The notes beneath the pieces were generated by a model. That model was not told where the DNA came from and did no database searches. It was given only the letters and a program-made list of their open reading frames with translations. The position numbers were made by a program, and so were the translations under genes. From an uncultured virus (IMG/VR IMGVR_UViG_3300009667_000002) (lineage: Duplodnaviria; Heunggongvirae; Uroviricota; Caudoviricetes), in the IMG/VR virus record IMGVR_UViG_3300009667_000002, positions 62,001-116,864 of that record: 54,864 bases of DNA. One strand, given 5' to 3'. Below, in pieces: positions 38,404 through 47,423 of this stretch (position 1 is the stretch's first letter; every line of letters begins with the position of its first letter).

Positions 38404-38512
38404 GATTTTTATGCTTAAAACTTGTCGGGTGAATACCTATAAACCCCGAACTCTGTTGATGGTAACCCAATCCGATAAATAGGGCAGAAGAAGTGTGGGT
38501 AGCATAAAAATC
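38404..38512 (+). ncRNA. Candidate structured RNA (multi-stem, possible pseudoknot)
   Basis: GC-rich island closed by a perfect 12-bp stem 38404-38415/38501-38512; inner stems TCGGG/CCCGA and CTCTGTT/AATAGGG. Confidence 0.6.
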
Positions 38513-38565
38513 TTTTTATTGTATAAAATGTTAGAATAATTTAAATAACTAAATTTTAAATAAAA

Positions 38566-39477
38566 ATGGAAGAAAATAATGTAAGTTTTATTGAAATTAT
38601 TTCCGAACTTCAAGCAAGGTTTGGTTGGAATGATGATTGGAAAAATAGTGAAATTGAAATTAAAAATTATCCATTTAATGATATTTTTCATACAAATGCT
38701 TTGAATAATGGAAATTGTGATATTTCAATAAATTTTTCTGAAAATTGTCAAAAAATTTCAAACAAAAACGGTTTGATTTACTACAATGGTAAATGGGCAA
38801 CTCGTAAATTAAAAACACAACCACAATATTGGTTTGTTGAAAAAGATATTAATAACCCAGTGTGGGAAATATATGAAAACGAATATTTTAAATCGAATGT
38901 GAAAAATTCAAACGATAAATATTTTTATTGTAATATACCATATGGTAATACATCTATAAATTTGCTCCATGAATTAAAAAACCATCAATATATTACCCTT
39001 GAACAGTGGTATAAATTTATATTTAATCCAACAAAATATTTAACATGCCTTTTTTGGAATAATGAAAATGAAGATATTAGAATTCTTGGAAAATATGATT
39101 ATAAAAATGAAAATGGATTATTTGTTGATTTAGTTAGAAATGAATGGAAATATTGTAAACCAATATATGATTATCGTTTTATTAGTAATTTTAAACACGA
39201 TAAAAATAAATTAGTTTATAACGATAACATTAACATTAATATCTCCAAAAAAAATAATGAATGGATTGAATTTAAAGAAAATTCACCATTACCACAATTT
39301 GGAAAAATGGTTTGGATATTGGATGATAAAAATAATGTATATATGGGATATAGAAGTTTTACAAATGATTTAAAAGAAACTTGGAAAATAATTGAATATA
39401 CAATAGATAAAGATTTAATTTCTTATGTAAATAACATTACTCATTGGTCTGAAATAAATAAACCAACATATTTTTAA
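38566..39477 (+). CDS. Modular hypothetical protein with a C-terminal DUF551-like domain
   Basis: WIEFKENSPLP...ITHWSEINKP; N-terminal part similar to 42764-43669. Confidence 0.55.
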   Translation: MEENNVSFIEIISELQARFGWNDDWKNSEIEIKNYPFNDIFHTNALNNGNCDISINFSENCQKISNKNGLIYYNGKWATRKLKTQPQYWFVEKDINNPVWEIYENEYFKSNVKNSNDKYFYCNIPYGNTSINLLHELKNHQYITLEQWYKFIFNPTKYLTCLFWNNENEDIRILGKYDYKNENGLFVDLVRNEWKYCKPIYDYRFISNFKHDKNKLVYNDNININISKKNNEWIEFKENSPLPQFGKMVWILDDKNNVYMGYRSFTNDLKETWKIIEYTIDKDLISYVNNITHWSEINKPTYF

Positions 39478-39501
39478 TTCAAAATAATAAAAAATTTTAA
39501 A

Positions 39502-40164
39502 ATGGAAATAAATAATACTGATTCTAATTTTATCCCAATTTCATCAATATCATATACTAATGATGAAACCATAAAAAATATAATGACCCTTTATAATATC
39601 GAAAGATTTGACCTCGATTGTACCTATTCTATTGGAAATTTTTGGAAAAAATTACCAAAACCAAAACATAAAACAGATTTATACCCACAAAAACCAGATG
39701 TGATTAAAGCAAGTAGTGATAATCTACCCTTTGAAAATGAATCAATGAAAAGTATTATGTTTGACCCACCATTTGTAATCGCTGGTAAAACATATAAAGA
39801 TAATGATGATGGTAGTAGTATTATTGCTAAAAGATTTGAAGGATATTTTAGTTTTGAAGAACTAAAAAACCATTACTATGGTACTTTAAAAGAAGCATAT
39901 AGATTATTAGAAAATGATGGTATTCTCGTTTTTAAAACACAAGATACTGTTTCTAGCGGTAAAAACCATTTCTCTCATTGTGTTGTAATGAATATGGCAC
40001 AAAAAATAGGATTTTACCCAATTGATTTATTTGTCCTTTTAGCAAAAAATAGAATCAATTCTTTTTCAAAAAATAAATGGAAAAATCAACGTCATGCCAG
40101 AAAATATCATTCATTTTTCTGGGTATTTAAAAAAACTAAATGTAAAGTAAATTATGATTTTTGA
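39502..40164 (+). CDS. Amino (N6-A/N4-C) DNA methyltransferase
   Basis: LDCTYSIG, catalytic MFDPPF, EAYRLLENDGILVFK. Confidence 0.8.
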   Translation: MEINNTDSNFIPISSISYTNDETIKNIMTLYNIERFDLDCTYSIGNFWKKLPKPKHKTDLYPQKPDVIKASSDNLPFENESMKSIMFDPPFVIAGKTYKDNDDGSSIIAKRFEGYFSFEELKNHYYGTLKEAYRLLENDGILVFKTQDTVSSGKNHFSHCVVMNMAQKIGFYPIDLFVLLAKNRINSFSKNKWKNQRHARKYHSFFWVFKKTKCKVNYDF

Positions 40165-40252
40165 CAATTATTGTGGTTCTGTTGTTGTTAAAACAATTGA
40201 TGAATTGGATAAATTGGAAAAAGAATTTTTTAATTAACGTTAATTAAATGAT

Positions 40253-41026
40253 ATGAAATTTTTAATTCAGAAAATCGACAAAGAATTAAGACACGATTTC
40301 ACGTTTACTCTCATGGAATCCATTCGATATCAACAATGGTATCATAAATCTAAAGACGTAATTAAGTATAAGTTTTTTAACACCAAATCAGACGAAAATA
40401 CTTTTATTTTTAATGATGCACATAAAAAATATGTACCTGTTGGTAGTGTTGAATTTGTAACATCATTCCTTGAACAATTTTATGGCGTTGTTCCCAAACC
40501 ATTAAATGTACCAGAAGAATTGTTTCATTATGCGGGTAGAAAAATATACAATGGTACAGAAAAAGATTTACCTCGTAATGGCTATTGGATAGCAAAATCA
40601 AACAATAAAATTAATGAGTATATAAGTTTATTAAATTGCAACACAAAAGATGACTTCATTTATATACCAGCGAATAATTATCAATTTTCTGAAAGTATCA
40701 GGATTGATAGCCAAAGAAGATGTTTTATTTATAATGGTAAGTTGGTGGGGATTCAACATTATCTCGGTGATTTTAAAATATTTCCAAATATAATGGCAAT
40801 TGAAGCAATGATTATTGATTTTAAATCAGCACCAATCGCATATACTCTTGATGTTGGAATCAATAAAAACACTAACACAGTTTTTTTAGTGGAAGCACAT
40901 GACTTTTTTTCTTGTGGTTTATATGGTTTTGCCGACCATCGAATATATCCACAGATGCTTTACAGATGGTTTCGTGAATATACTAATAATTCTGAAAAAG
41001 AATCACAACATGGGTTTAAAAAATGA
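40253..41026 (+). CDS. ATP-grasp protein (R2K/DUF4343-like)
   Basis: PVGSVEFV, RRCFIYNGKLVG, AYTLDVG, VEAHDFFSCGLYG. Confidence 0.75.
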   Translation: MKFLIQKIDKELRHDFTFTLMESIRYQQWYHKSKDVIKYKFFNTKSDENTFIFNDAHKKYVPVGSVEFVTSFLEQFYGVVPKPLNVPEELFHYAGRKIYNGTEKDLPRNGYWIAKSNNKINEYISLLNCNTKDDFIYIPANNYQFSESIRIDSQRRCFIYNGKLVGIQHYLGDFKIFPNIMAIEAMIIDFKSAPIAYTLDVGINKNTNTVFLVEAHDFFSCGLYGFADHRIYPQMLYRWFREYTNNSEKESQHGFKK

Positions 41027-42426
41027 AAACGATAATTACTGATAATCATATCATTCTGAAAGAGAATCACAATACAAAGATACTGACATATACTGACATA
41101 TACAATGGTAATCATATCATTCTGAAAGAGAAACAAAATGTCCCGTAAAATATAATTCTGAAAGAAAAAAATATCTTGCAAGACAAAATGTCCTGTAAGA
41201 TGTCCTGCAAAATGAATATTTATATTTTTCTAAAAAGAAATTATAATTCTTGTGATATTAATATTAATAATTTTATTATCCTTATTAAAAAATAAATATA
41301 ATTAATATGTCAACTATTTTCTGCGATTTAATTGACAAATTAATTTAAAATAATTATATAACAAAACTATTTTAATTTTATAATAAAAAAATAAGAATAA
41401 AAGTGCATTACCTTGCACTTTATATTGATAATGTTAATTATTTTGAACAAAATCATAATAAATGTGCAATATATTGCACTTTATAAAAAAAAATATAAAT
41501 TATACTATTCTAAAAAAAACATAATATTTCTTTTTATTTTATTATAATATGAAATTAAACTTATTAACATGGACATTAACATGGACATGTTGTCCATGTT
41601 AAAATATTATTTTTTATATTACCGTAGAACTACAGTAGAACTATAGTAGAAGTTATTTTAAATAAACTTCATTATTTGGATTATTTTTACTTCCCTATTT
41701 GTCAAAATATAAATATAAAAACCATTTTCCTGATATCAAGAAAATGGTTTTTTATAATAAAATAACATTATATTGTGATTTTATTCTTTAATGATAGATA
41801 TTACATTGATATTACATTAAAATAACATTATATTGTGATTTTGTGGTCGCAATTTGCGACAAGATAATATCATTATTTTTATAAAAAAAATATCTCTGTT
41901 TTTTTGTACTATAATTATACTTTTTATTGAAATTAATTATTAAATTAACTATAAATTATACTTACTTAAACTAAAAATAATACAATTGATTATCAGTATA
42001 ATATACAGTAATATCTTAATGTTTTAAATATAGACAAATACAAAATTCCATTTTTTACCATTTTTTACCACAAATTACCACTAAAAATAAAGGTATTTTT
42101 GTAGCCCCTACACCCACATCTTCTCTTACTTTTTATTTTTTTAAAAAGTTATTTTATAAAAAATTATAAAAAGTTTATAAATATTAAATTTTATAGAATA
42201 TCAAATCTGGACATTTAAAATATTTATAATTAAAGCACATTAAATTGATATTGATGATATAATAATATTTGGACATTAATTTGGTAATATCTGGACATTT
42301 ATGCTGTACATTGTTGTAATATACTTAATGGTATAATACTAATTAGTATAAAATTTATTTCTTGCATATTTTGCGTTGAATGGAATAATTATTCGTTGCA
42401 AAAATAATGGGAATATGATATATTTT
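41027..42426. repeat. 1.4-kb non-coding, repeat-rich region at the convergent strand switch
   Basis: Direct repeats of 24 bp (41043, 41109) and 25 bp (41758, 41818), 10-12-nt tandem repeats, several palindromes; no credible ORF. Confidence 0.8.
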
Positions 42427-42672
42427 TTAATTTAAAAGAGTTAATTCAACATCGACTAATTTACATTTATTAAGGTTATCGAAATATTCATCAGTTATTA
42501 GGCTATCATTACCAATAATATTTTGGACACATTTTACTGTATAAATCATATCATTCATTGTAATATTTTCTTCATATAGTAAAGGTGTATTTGTTTCATA
42601 TATTCCTTTAGTAAGTTTATTGACATCAACAAAGATATTGTTGTACATTAGTGTTTTAAATATTTTTTTCAT
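42427..42672 (-). CDS. Hypothetical protein
   Basis: 81-aa ORF. Confidence 0.5.
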   Translation of the reverse strand: MKKIFKTLMYNNIFVDVNKLTKGIYETNTPLLYEENITMNDMIYTVKCVQNIIGNDSLITDEYFDNLNKCKLVDVELTLLN

Positions 42673-42763
42673 AGGTTTAAACTTTTATTATGTACATTGG
42701 TTGGTATTAATATTTAGATTAAAATTATTAAGTAGATTATATTATTATTTTATGTACATTGTT

Positions 42764-43669
42764 TTAAATATAGTTTTTATTTTTTATTGTATCATTTATT
42801 TCTTTTTTCAGATTAATTTTTAATTCATTGGATAATGGGAAGCAATAGTTCCATGAAGCACCATTAGCATCTACATATTGGTTATGAGGGTTTGTAAGTG
42901 CATATTCAGCAATATATCCTTTGGCATCCAATGTATTTTTAAATATATATAGTTCACCTTTTATTGGTTTATTTTCTATTGGTTTTAGTTTAGGATATAA
43001 ATCATATAGATTTTTTATTTCATCATTGGTAGCCAATCGTAATTCTATGATATCAATAGAAGATGTTAAGAAATTTACATTTTCATGTAATAAATTTTGT
43101 TTTATGGAATAATGTATTGCATTATCTATATTTTTTTTAATTATATTTCCTTTAGCCAGCCATTCACTATATTTTGTTTTAATATAAAACCAATCAGTAT
43201 CATTAATAATTGATAAATCCACATTGTTTGGTTGAAAGAATTTTTTCCATTGATTTAGGGTAATATATTGGTAGTTTATATATTCATTTTCTATTCCATT
43301 AATAATATCAGTTTCTAATCCATCAGAAGTTTGATATTTATATTTTGGAATATATTCAAATTTATTTTTAAACCATAATTCAAAAGATTTCCATAATGGA
43401 TGTTTTTCATTTCTTTCAAGAATCCATTTTTTAGGTTTATTAGTTAATTTACGAATTTCCCAAATACCACTATCATAAATTTTACCATATTTACCCCAAA
43501 TAGTAAAATTATTATTTATATTTTGTATTCCCCATCCAATATTAGTATTATATATAGAATTAAATTCGAATTCAGAATTTTCAGATTTTTCATTAAACCA
43601 ATTTTTTCCCCATCGAATATTAAGTTCAATCATTAATTCATTAAATGTAATTGTTTCCATGTTGTACAT
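42764..43669 (-). CDS. Modular hypothetical protein, paralogue of 38566-39477
   Basis: Shared segments IY..G.W..RKL...P..W..E and QYITL.QW.KF; start may be 43660. Confidence 0.6.
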   Translation of the reverse strand: MYNMETITFNELMIELNIRWGKNWFNEKSENSEFEFNSIYNTNIGWGIQNINNNFTIWGKYGKIYDSGIWEIRKLTNKPKKWILERNEKHPLWKSFELWFKNKFEYIPKYKYQTSDGLETDIINGIENEYINYQYITLNQWKKFFQPNNVDLSIINDTDWFYIKTKYSEWLAKGNIIKKNIDNAIHYSIKQNLLHENVNFLTSSIDIIELRLATNDEIKNLYDLYPKLKPIENKPIKGELYIFKNTLDAKGYIAEYALTNPHNQYVDANGASWNYCFPLSNELKINLKKEINDTIKNKNYI

Positions 43670-43736
43670 TGTTGTTAGTTAGATAATACATATTATTATA
43701 ACAAAAATAGTATAAATTTAAATTATTTAAAAATAT

Positions 43737-44159
43737 TTATTCATTATTAATTTCATCAACTAAAAGTAGATTTAAAATATCATTAATACAATTTTGTAGA
43801 TTAAAACCTATTTCTTCATAATCACAATAGAAATAGTAGCATTCTCCTTCTTCTCTATTTTGTATACATTCTATAGTTTCATTATTATCATTAATGAATG
43901 AATTAGAACCTGTACATTCATCACATATTTTTTCATCTGGGTATTCATTTTCTTTAAATGGTATATGTTTCCATCCTTGTGAATAGTATGTATAAATTTT
44001 AGTTAGTAATGATTTTGTTTTATTGAAATATTCATTTTGATTCATTATAATAGTATCATTTGATTTGTTTTTATTTAAATCATTAAATAATTCATTAAAA
44101 ACTTCATCAATTACTTCTGGTTTAAATTCATCATATAAATTTTTGAATTTATTTTTCAT
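43737..44159 (-). CDS. Hypothetical protein with Cys cluster
   Basis: 140-aa ORF, CDEC...C...C. Confidence 0.5.
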   Translation of the reverse strand: MKNKFKNLYDEFKPEVIDEVFNELFNDLNKNKSNDTIIMNQNEYFNKTKSLLTKIYTYYSQGWKHIPFKENEYPDEKICDECTGSNSFINDNNETIECIQNREEGECYYFYCDYEEIGFNLQNCINDILNLLLVDEINNE

Positions 44160-44168
44160 ATTTTAATA

Positions 44169-44456
44169 TTATTCTTCTGTGTTAATATAAAAGCATAGTT
44201 TTAATTCGCTATATATTTTAAATTGCATTTCATATAGACGAATGGAATAGTATGGATTATTTTCTTTTGATATACCTGCTTCTTCTAGTATTAATTTAGA
44301 ATATTTTAAGGCAATTTCTCTTATTTCATTTAGTTTATTGAAAACTTCTTTTTGTTGTTTTTCTGTATTTTCTTTTTTCATTTTTTTATTATGATTAGAA
44401 GTTAAATTATTTATAACATTTTCTAAATCACTAAAATCTATTTTAAAGTCTTCCAT
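44169..44456 (-). CDS. Hypothetical protein
   Basis: 95-aa ORF in a tightly packed unit. Confidence 0.5.
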   Translation of the reverse strand: MEDFKIDFSDLENVINNLTSNHNKKMKKENTEKQQKEVFNKLNEIREIALKYSKLILEEAGISKENNPYYSIRLYEMQFKIYSELKLCFYINTEE

Positions 44457-44459
44457 ATT

Positions 44460-44840
44460 TCAATGAATTAAACTATTCCAAAGTTCAGGATTATCAAATT
44501 TATTTCCAATTACAGTTCTATAATGCATGTCAGATGCTGTTCCACCACCAAAACACCATTTAGATTCTTTATTATCCCAAGTTACGATATGAAAGTGTGA
44601 ATTACTACCCCATTCTTTTTCATCGAAATCGATGATATCATTTTCATATATTCTATTACCTTTTGAATCATATCTTCCCGTAAATTCACTTTTACCAATT
44701 ACATAATATTTAAAATATATATTTTTTAGAATACGAATTGCATTACCAGAAAATATTTCACCATATGTAAATTCTTTAAATATTATTTTACCAGTAAATA
44801 CATGTTGAAGATGTATTCTAAATATAATTTCTTTTTCCAT
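44460..44840 (-). CDS. YopX family protein
   Basis: EIIFR, FTGRYDSKGNRIYENDII, VIGNKFDNPEL. Confidence 0.85.
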   Translation of the reverse strand: MEKEIIFRIHLQHVFTGKIIFKEFTYGEIFSGNAIRILKNIYFKYYVIGKSEFTGRYDSKGNRIYENDIIDFDEKEWGSNSHFHIVTWDNKESKWCFGGGTASDMHYRTVIGNKFDNPELWNSLIH

Positions 44841-44855
44841 GATTATGTTTATTAA

Positions 44856-45062
44856 TTAATAATTCATGTTGTACATTGTGGATAATATTTTATCATTGGG
44901 ATTAATATCCTTTCTCCATTTAGCAAAAGATACATTAAGGAATCCTGATTTCTTAATTGCTTCTTTTTTTGTGGATGCTGTAATAAATTTTAATAGTTTT
45001 TGGTTTTTAAAACCACCCCAAGCATATCCACTAATTTCATAAACTCTTTGTTGTGTTTTCAT
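44856..45062 (-). CDS. Small hypothetical protein
   Basis: 68-aa ORF. Confidence 0.5.
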   Translation of the reverse strand: MKTQQRVYEISGYAWGGFKNQKLLKFITASTKKEAIKKSGFLNVSFAKWRKDINPNDKILSTMYNMNY

Positions 45063-45228
45063 TTTCTTTGTTTTTATGGATTAAATTTTTAAAACGTTCA
45101 TAGCATTTTCTACTACAGAAAATATTATCAGAATATTTCCAATCATCCACACAATTTTTATTTATTGTAAAAGGTTTATTACAATAATCACAATGATAAA
45201 AAACTCTTTTTCCAATATATCTACTCAT
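45037..45228 (-). CDS. Small zinc-finger protein
   Basis: CDYCNKPF...FCSRKC. Confidence 0.6.
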   Translation of the reverse strand: MSRYIGKRVFYHCDYCNKPFTINKNCVDDWKYSDNIFCSRKCYERFKNLIHKNKENENTTKSL

Positions 45229-45252
45229 AGATTTATTTTATTAATAATAAAA

Positions 45253-45528
45253 CTACCAACCATTGTTTTCTAGAGATGATGATAAAAAATTATAATTTTT
45301 TGGTTTATTAATAGGTTTTGGTATTGGTTGCCAATGAGTAACATTTTTTAATTCATAACCAATATCATATGGAAATATTTTTCCATTTTCATTAAAAAAT
45401 AGTGGACAATTAAACCATTTACCTTGATTATCATAATATGCTAAATGCATGTTATTATCATTCATAACCCAATAAATATTATTTTTTTCAAGTTTATTAG
45501 TTTTTGATGTTATTTTTATCCATTTCAT
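45253..45528 (-). CDS. DUF551-like protein
   Basis: MKWIKI...VTHWQPIPKP. Confidence 0.7.
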   Translation of the reverse strand: MKWIKITSKTNKLEKNNIYWVMNDNNMHLAYYDNQGKWFNCPLFFNENGKIFPYDIGYELKNVTHWQPIPKPINKPKNYNFLSSSLENNGW

Positions 45529-45719
45529 TATATTATATTTATTAATGGTTTAAGTTCATTTATTCTACTTTTTTAGTCATCAGATTTTAGATAAGCAAAT
45601 TTTTTTCTTGAAAATGATTTGACCAAGATAAAGATTCGGCATATGATGATGATAATTGACTGTAATATTTTTTTCAAGTTCTTTTATTCTTAATTCTATT
45701 TTATCTTTTAAGCCTAACA

Positions 45720-45959
45720 TTATTTTTTTATTTTATTGGTATATTCATTTATTGTTTTATCATACTTTTTTATTTTTTTAGATATCCAATCATCATCAAT
45801 TGTCATTTCATATGCACAAAATTTTGATTTTATAAAATAACCGTGTATTCTCCAAAATAGTAATTGAATATTAAAAAAATATTTATATCCTAAATCTGCA
45901 TTAACTTTTGCAAAGTAAAATCCCAATCCAAAATATTTATATTTTATGTATATTTTCAT
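45720..45959 (-). CDS. Hypothetical protein
   Basis: 79-aa ORF. Confidence 0.45.
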   Translation of the reverse strand: MKIYIKYKYFGLGFYFAKVNADLGYKYFFNIQLLFWRIHGYFIKSKFCAYEMTIDDDWISKKIKKYDKTINEYTNKIKK

Positions 45960-45971
45960 GATAATTTATTA

Positions 45972-46412
45972 TTAACCACAATCATAATGATATTTTAAAC
46001 TACTAGCAGGTTTAATTTCTTTTAAATTCAAATAATCATTTATTATTGATTTAATTATTGTATTATCCATTAAAAAATTATAATTATATTTCTTTTCAAA
46101 AAAATTAAGAATTCTTTTTTGACTATACAAAAAATGTTTATTATTTTCTTCATATGAAATATCAAATAACCATTCATCATTTTCATTTAAAATTTCAAAT
46201 CGTGGTGATGGTAAATTGGTTATTATTCCAACAGAATCTAAAAATCTTATATTTTTAGAATATTTTCATAATATTTCAAGAAATTCATTTTTAATTTCTT
46301 CTTCAATGTTTTTAATTCCTAATTCTTCATTTGAAAATTTAGTTCTTAAGATTTCTCTGACTTCATCAGATGAATTTTTATATACTTCTTTTAAGGTTTT
46401 ATTCGTTTCCAT
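45972..46412 (-). pseudogene. 147-codon gene interrupted by one in-frame TGA (46268-46266)
   Basis: METNKTLKEVY...EFLEIL*KYSKNIRFLD...HYDCG*; ECF-like promoter at 46433-46458. Confidence 0.65.
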
Positions 46413-46432
46413 GATGTTAATTTGTTTATTTA

Positions 46433-46458
46433 TACGAAGAATAATTTATTTTGTTACA
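46433..46458 (-). promoter_or_regulatory. ECF-like promoter TGTAAC-N16-CGTA
   Basis: + strand TACG 46433-46436, TGTTAC 46452-46457. Confidence 0.75.
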
Positions 46459-46501
46459 AAAAGAAGAAATAAAAAAATATATATTATATGAAAAATGTGG
46501 T

Positions 46502-46920
46502 TTAATTTTTTTTAAGGTTTTTTATCAATGAATATGAATCATCATATTCAATAAAAACTTCAAAACCAGTTTTTTATATAAATTAATTGCTTTATGATTG
46601 TTTTTATCAACAATTAATACTATAATATTTAAATTTAATTTATTTTTTACAAAACAAAAAAATTTATTTAATAAAATTTTAGCGTAACCCTTATTTCTGA
46701 ATTTTTCAAAAATTATTAATTCGTAAATTGATACATAATTTTCATTAAAAAATTCATCTGGTTCTTCAATATTAAATTTAGTTTCACCTACTAATACATT
46801 ATTAATTATTAATTGAAATTTATTATTAGAAACAAGAATTTTAATTTTTTTATTATTTTCAAACAATGGCATTCCAGCCACCTTATGCATCAATTTAAAT
46901 AATTTTTGTTTATTATTCAT
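46502..46920 (-). CDS. Leader-tagged GNAT acetyltransferase, frameshifted near the C-terminus
   Basis: MNNKQKLFKLMHKVAGMPLFE leader; FRNKGYAK, N..AINLYKK; one extra A in the run at 46575-46570 restores LYKKTGFE. Confidence 0.7.
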
Positions 46921-46986
46921 TTTTTGGTTTAAATATAAATAGTCATACATTCTTATATTATGTTTGTACATTGTTATTAATTAAAA

Positions 46987-47403
46987 TTATTTACAACTCC
47001 AATTAGGTGGTTTTTTATTATATATTCTTTGATAGAACATATCATATTCATCCAATAAATCAAAACATCTATCTTTTAACTTTGTATAGGGTTTATTGAT
47101 TGTTTTAAAATGTTCAATCCATAATTTTTTGGCTAGTTCAGGAGTTCTTCTATATGATTTAAAATATTGTTCTTCGAGTTCATTTCTAACATTAAGGGCA
47201 GGTTTTGATAGATTTCCGATATAATCTAAAATCATAATAATATTTTCATATTCATTAATGAATTCATTATTTGTGATTGTACATTGTATTACATGTTGGT
47301 TAAATTTTTTTTCATATTCTAATAATATGTCTTCTGCTTTTTTTAATTCGGTTTCGTGGTTAGGCAGATTTAAATTAATATTCATTAGTATTTTTTTACT
47401 CAT
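46987..47403 (-). CDS. Hypothetical helical protein
   Basis: 138-aa ORF. Confidence 0.55.
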   Translation of the reverse strand: MSKKILMNINLNLPNHETELKKAEDILLEYEKKFNQHVIQCTITNNEFINEYENIIMILDYIGNLSKPALNVRNELEEQYFKSYRRTPELAKKLWIEHFKTINKPYTKLKDRCFDLLDEYDMFYQRIYNKKPPNWSCK

Positions 47404-47423
47404 GATGGTATTAATTAAAAAAA

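Larger units (their letters stand above)
42305..47286 (+). repeat. Dispersed co-oriented 9-mer TGTACATTG (7 exact copies)
   Basis: Starts at 42305, 42691, 42753, 43663, 44870, 46965, 47278. Confidence 0.8.

Noticed and set aside
41027..42426. CRISPR array in the repeat-rich region, given the nearby cas6 fragment
   Set aside because: Each repeat occurs only 2-4 times and the repeats differ from one another; no constant repeat with regular unique spacers
45525..45720. 46-aa minus-strand ORF MLGLKDKIELRIKELEK... (45720-45580)
   Set aside because: May be a gene with frameshifts in A tracts, but I could not fix its frame or product with confidence
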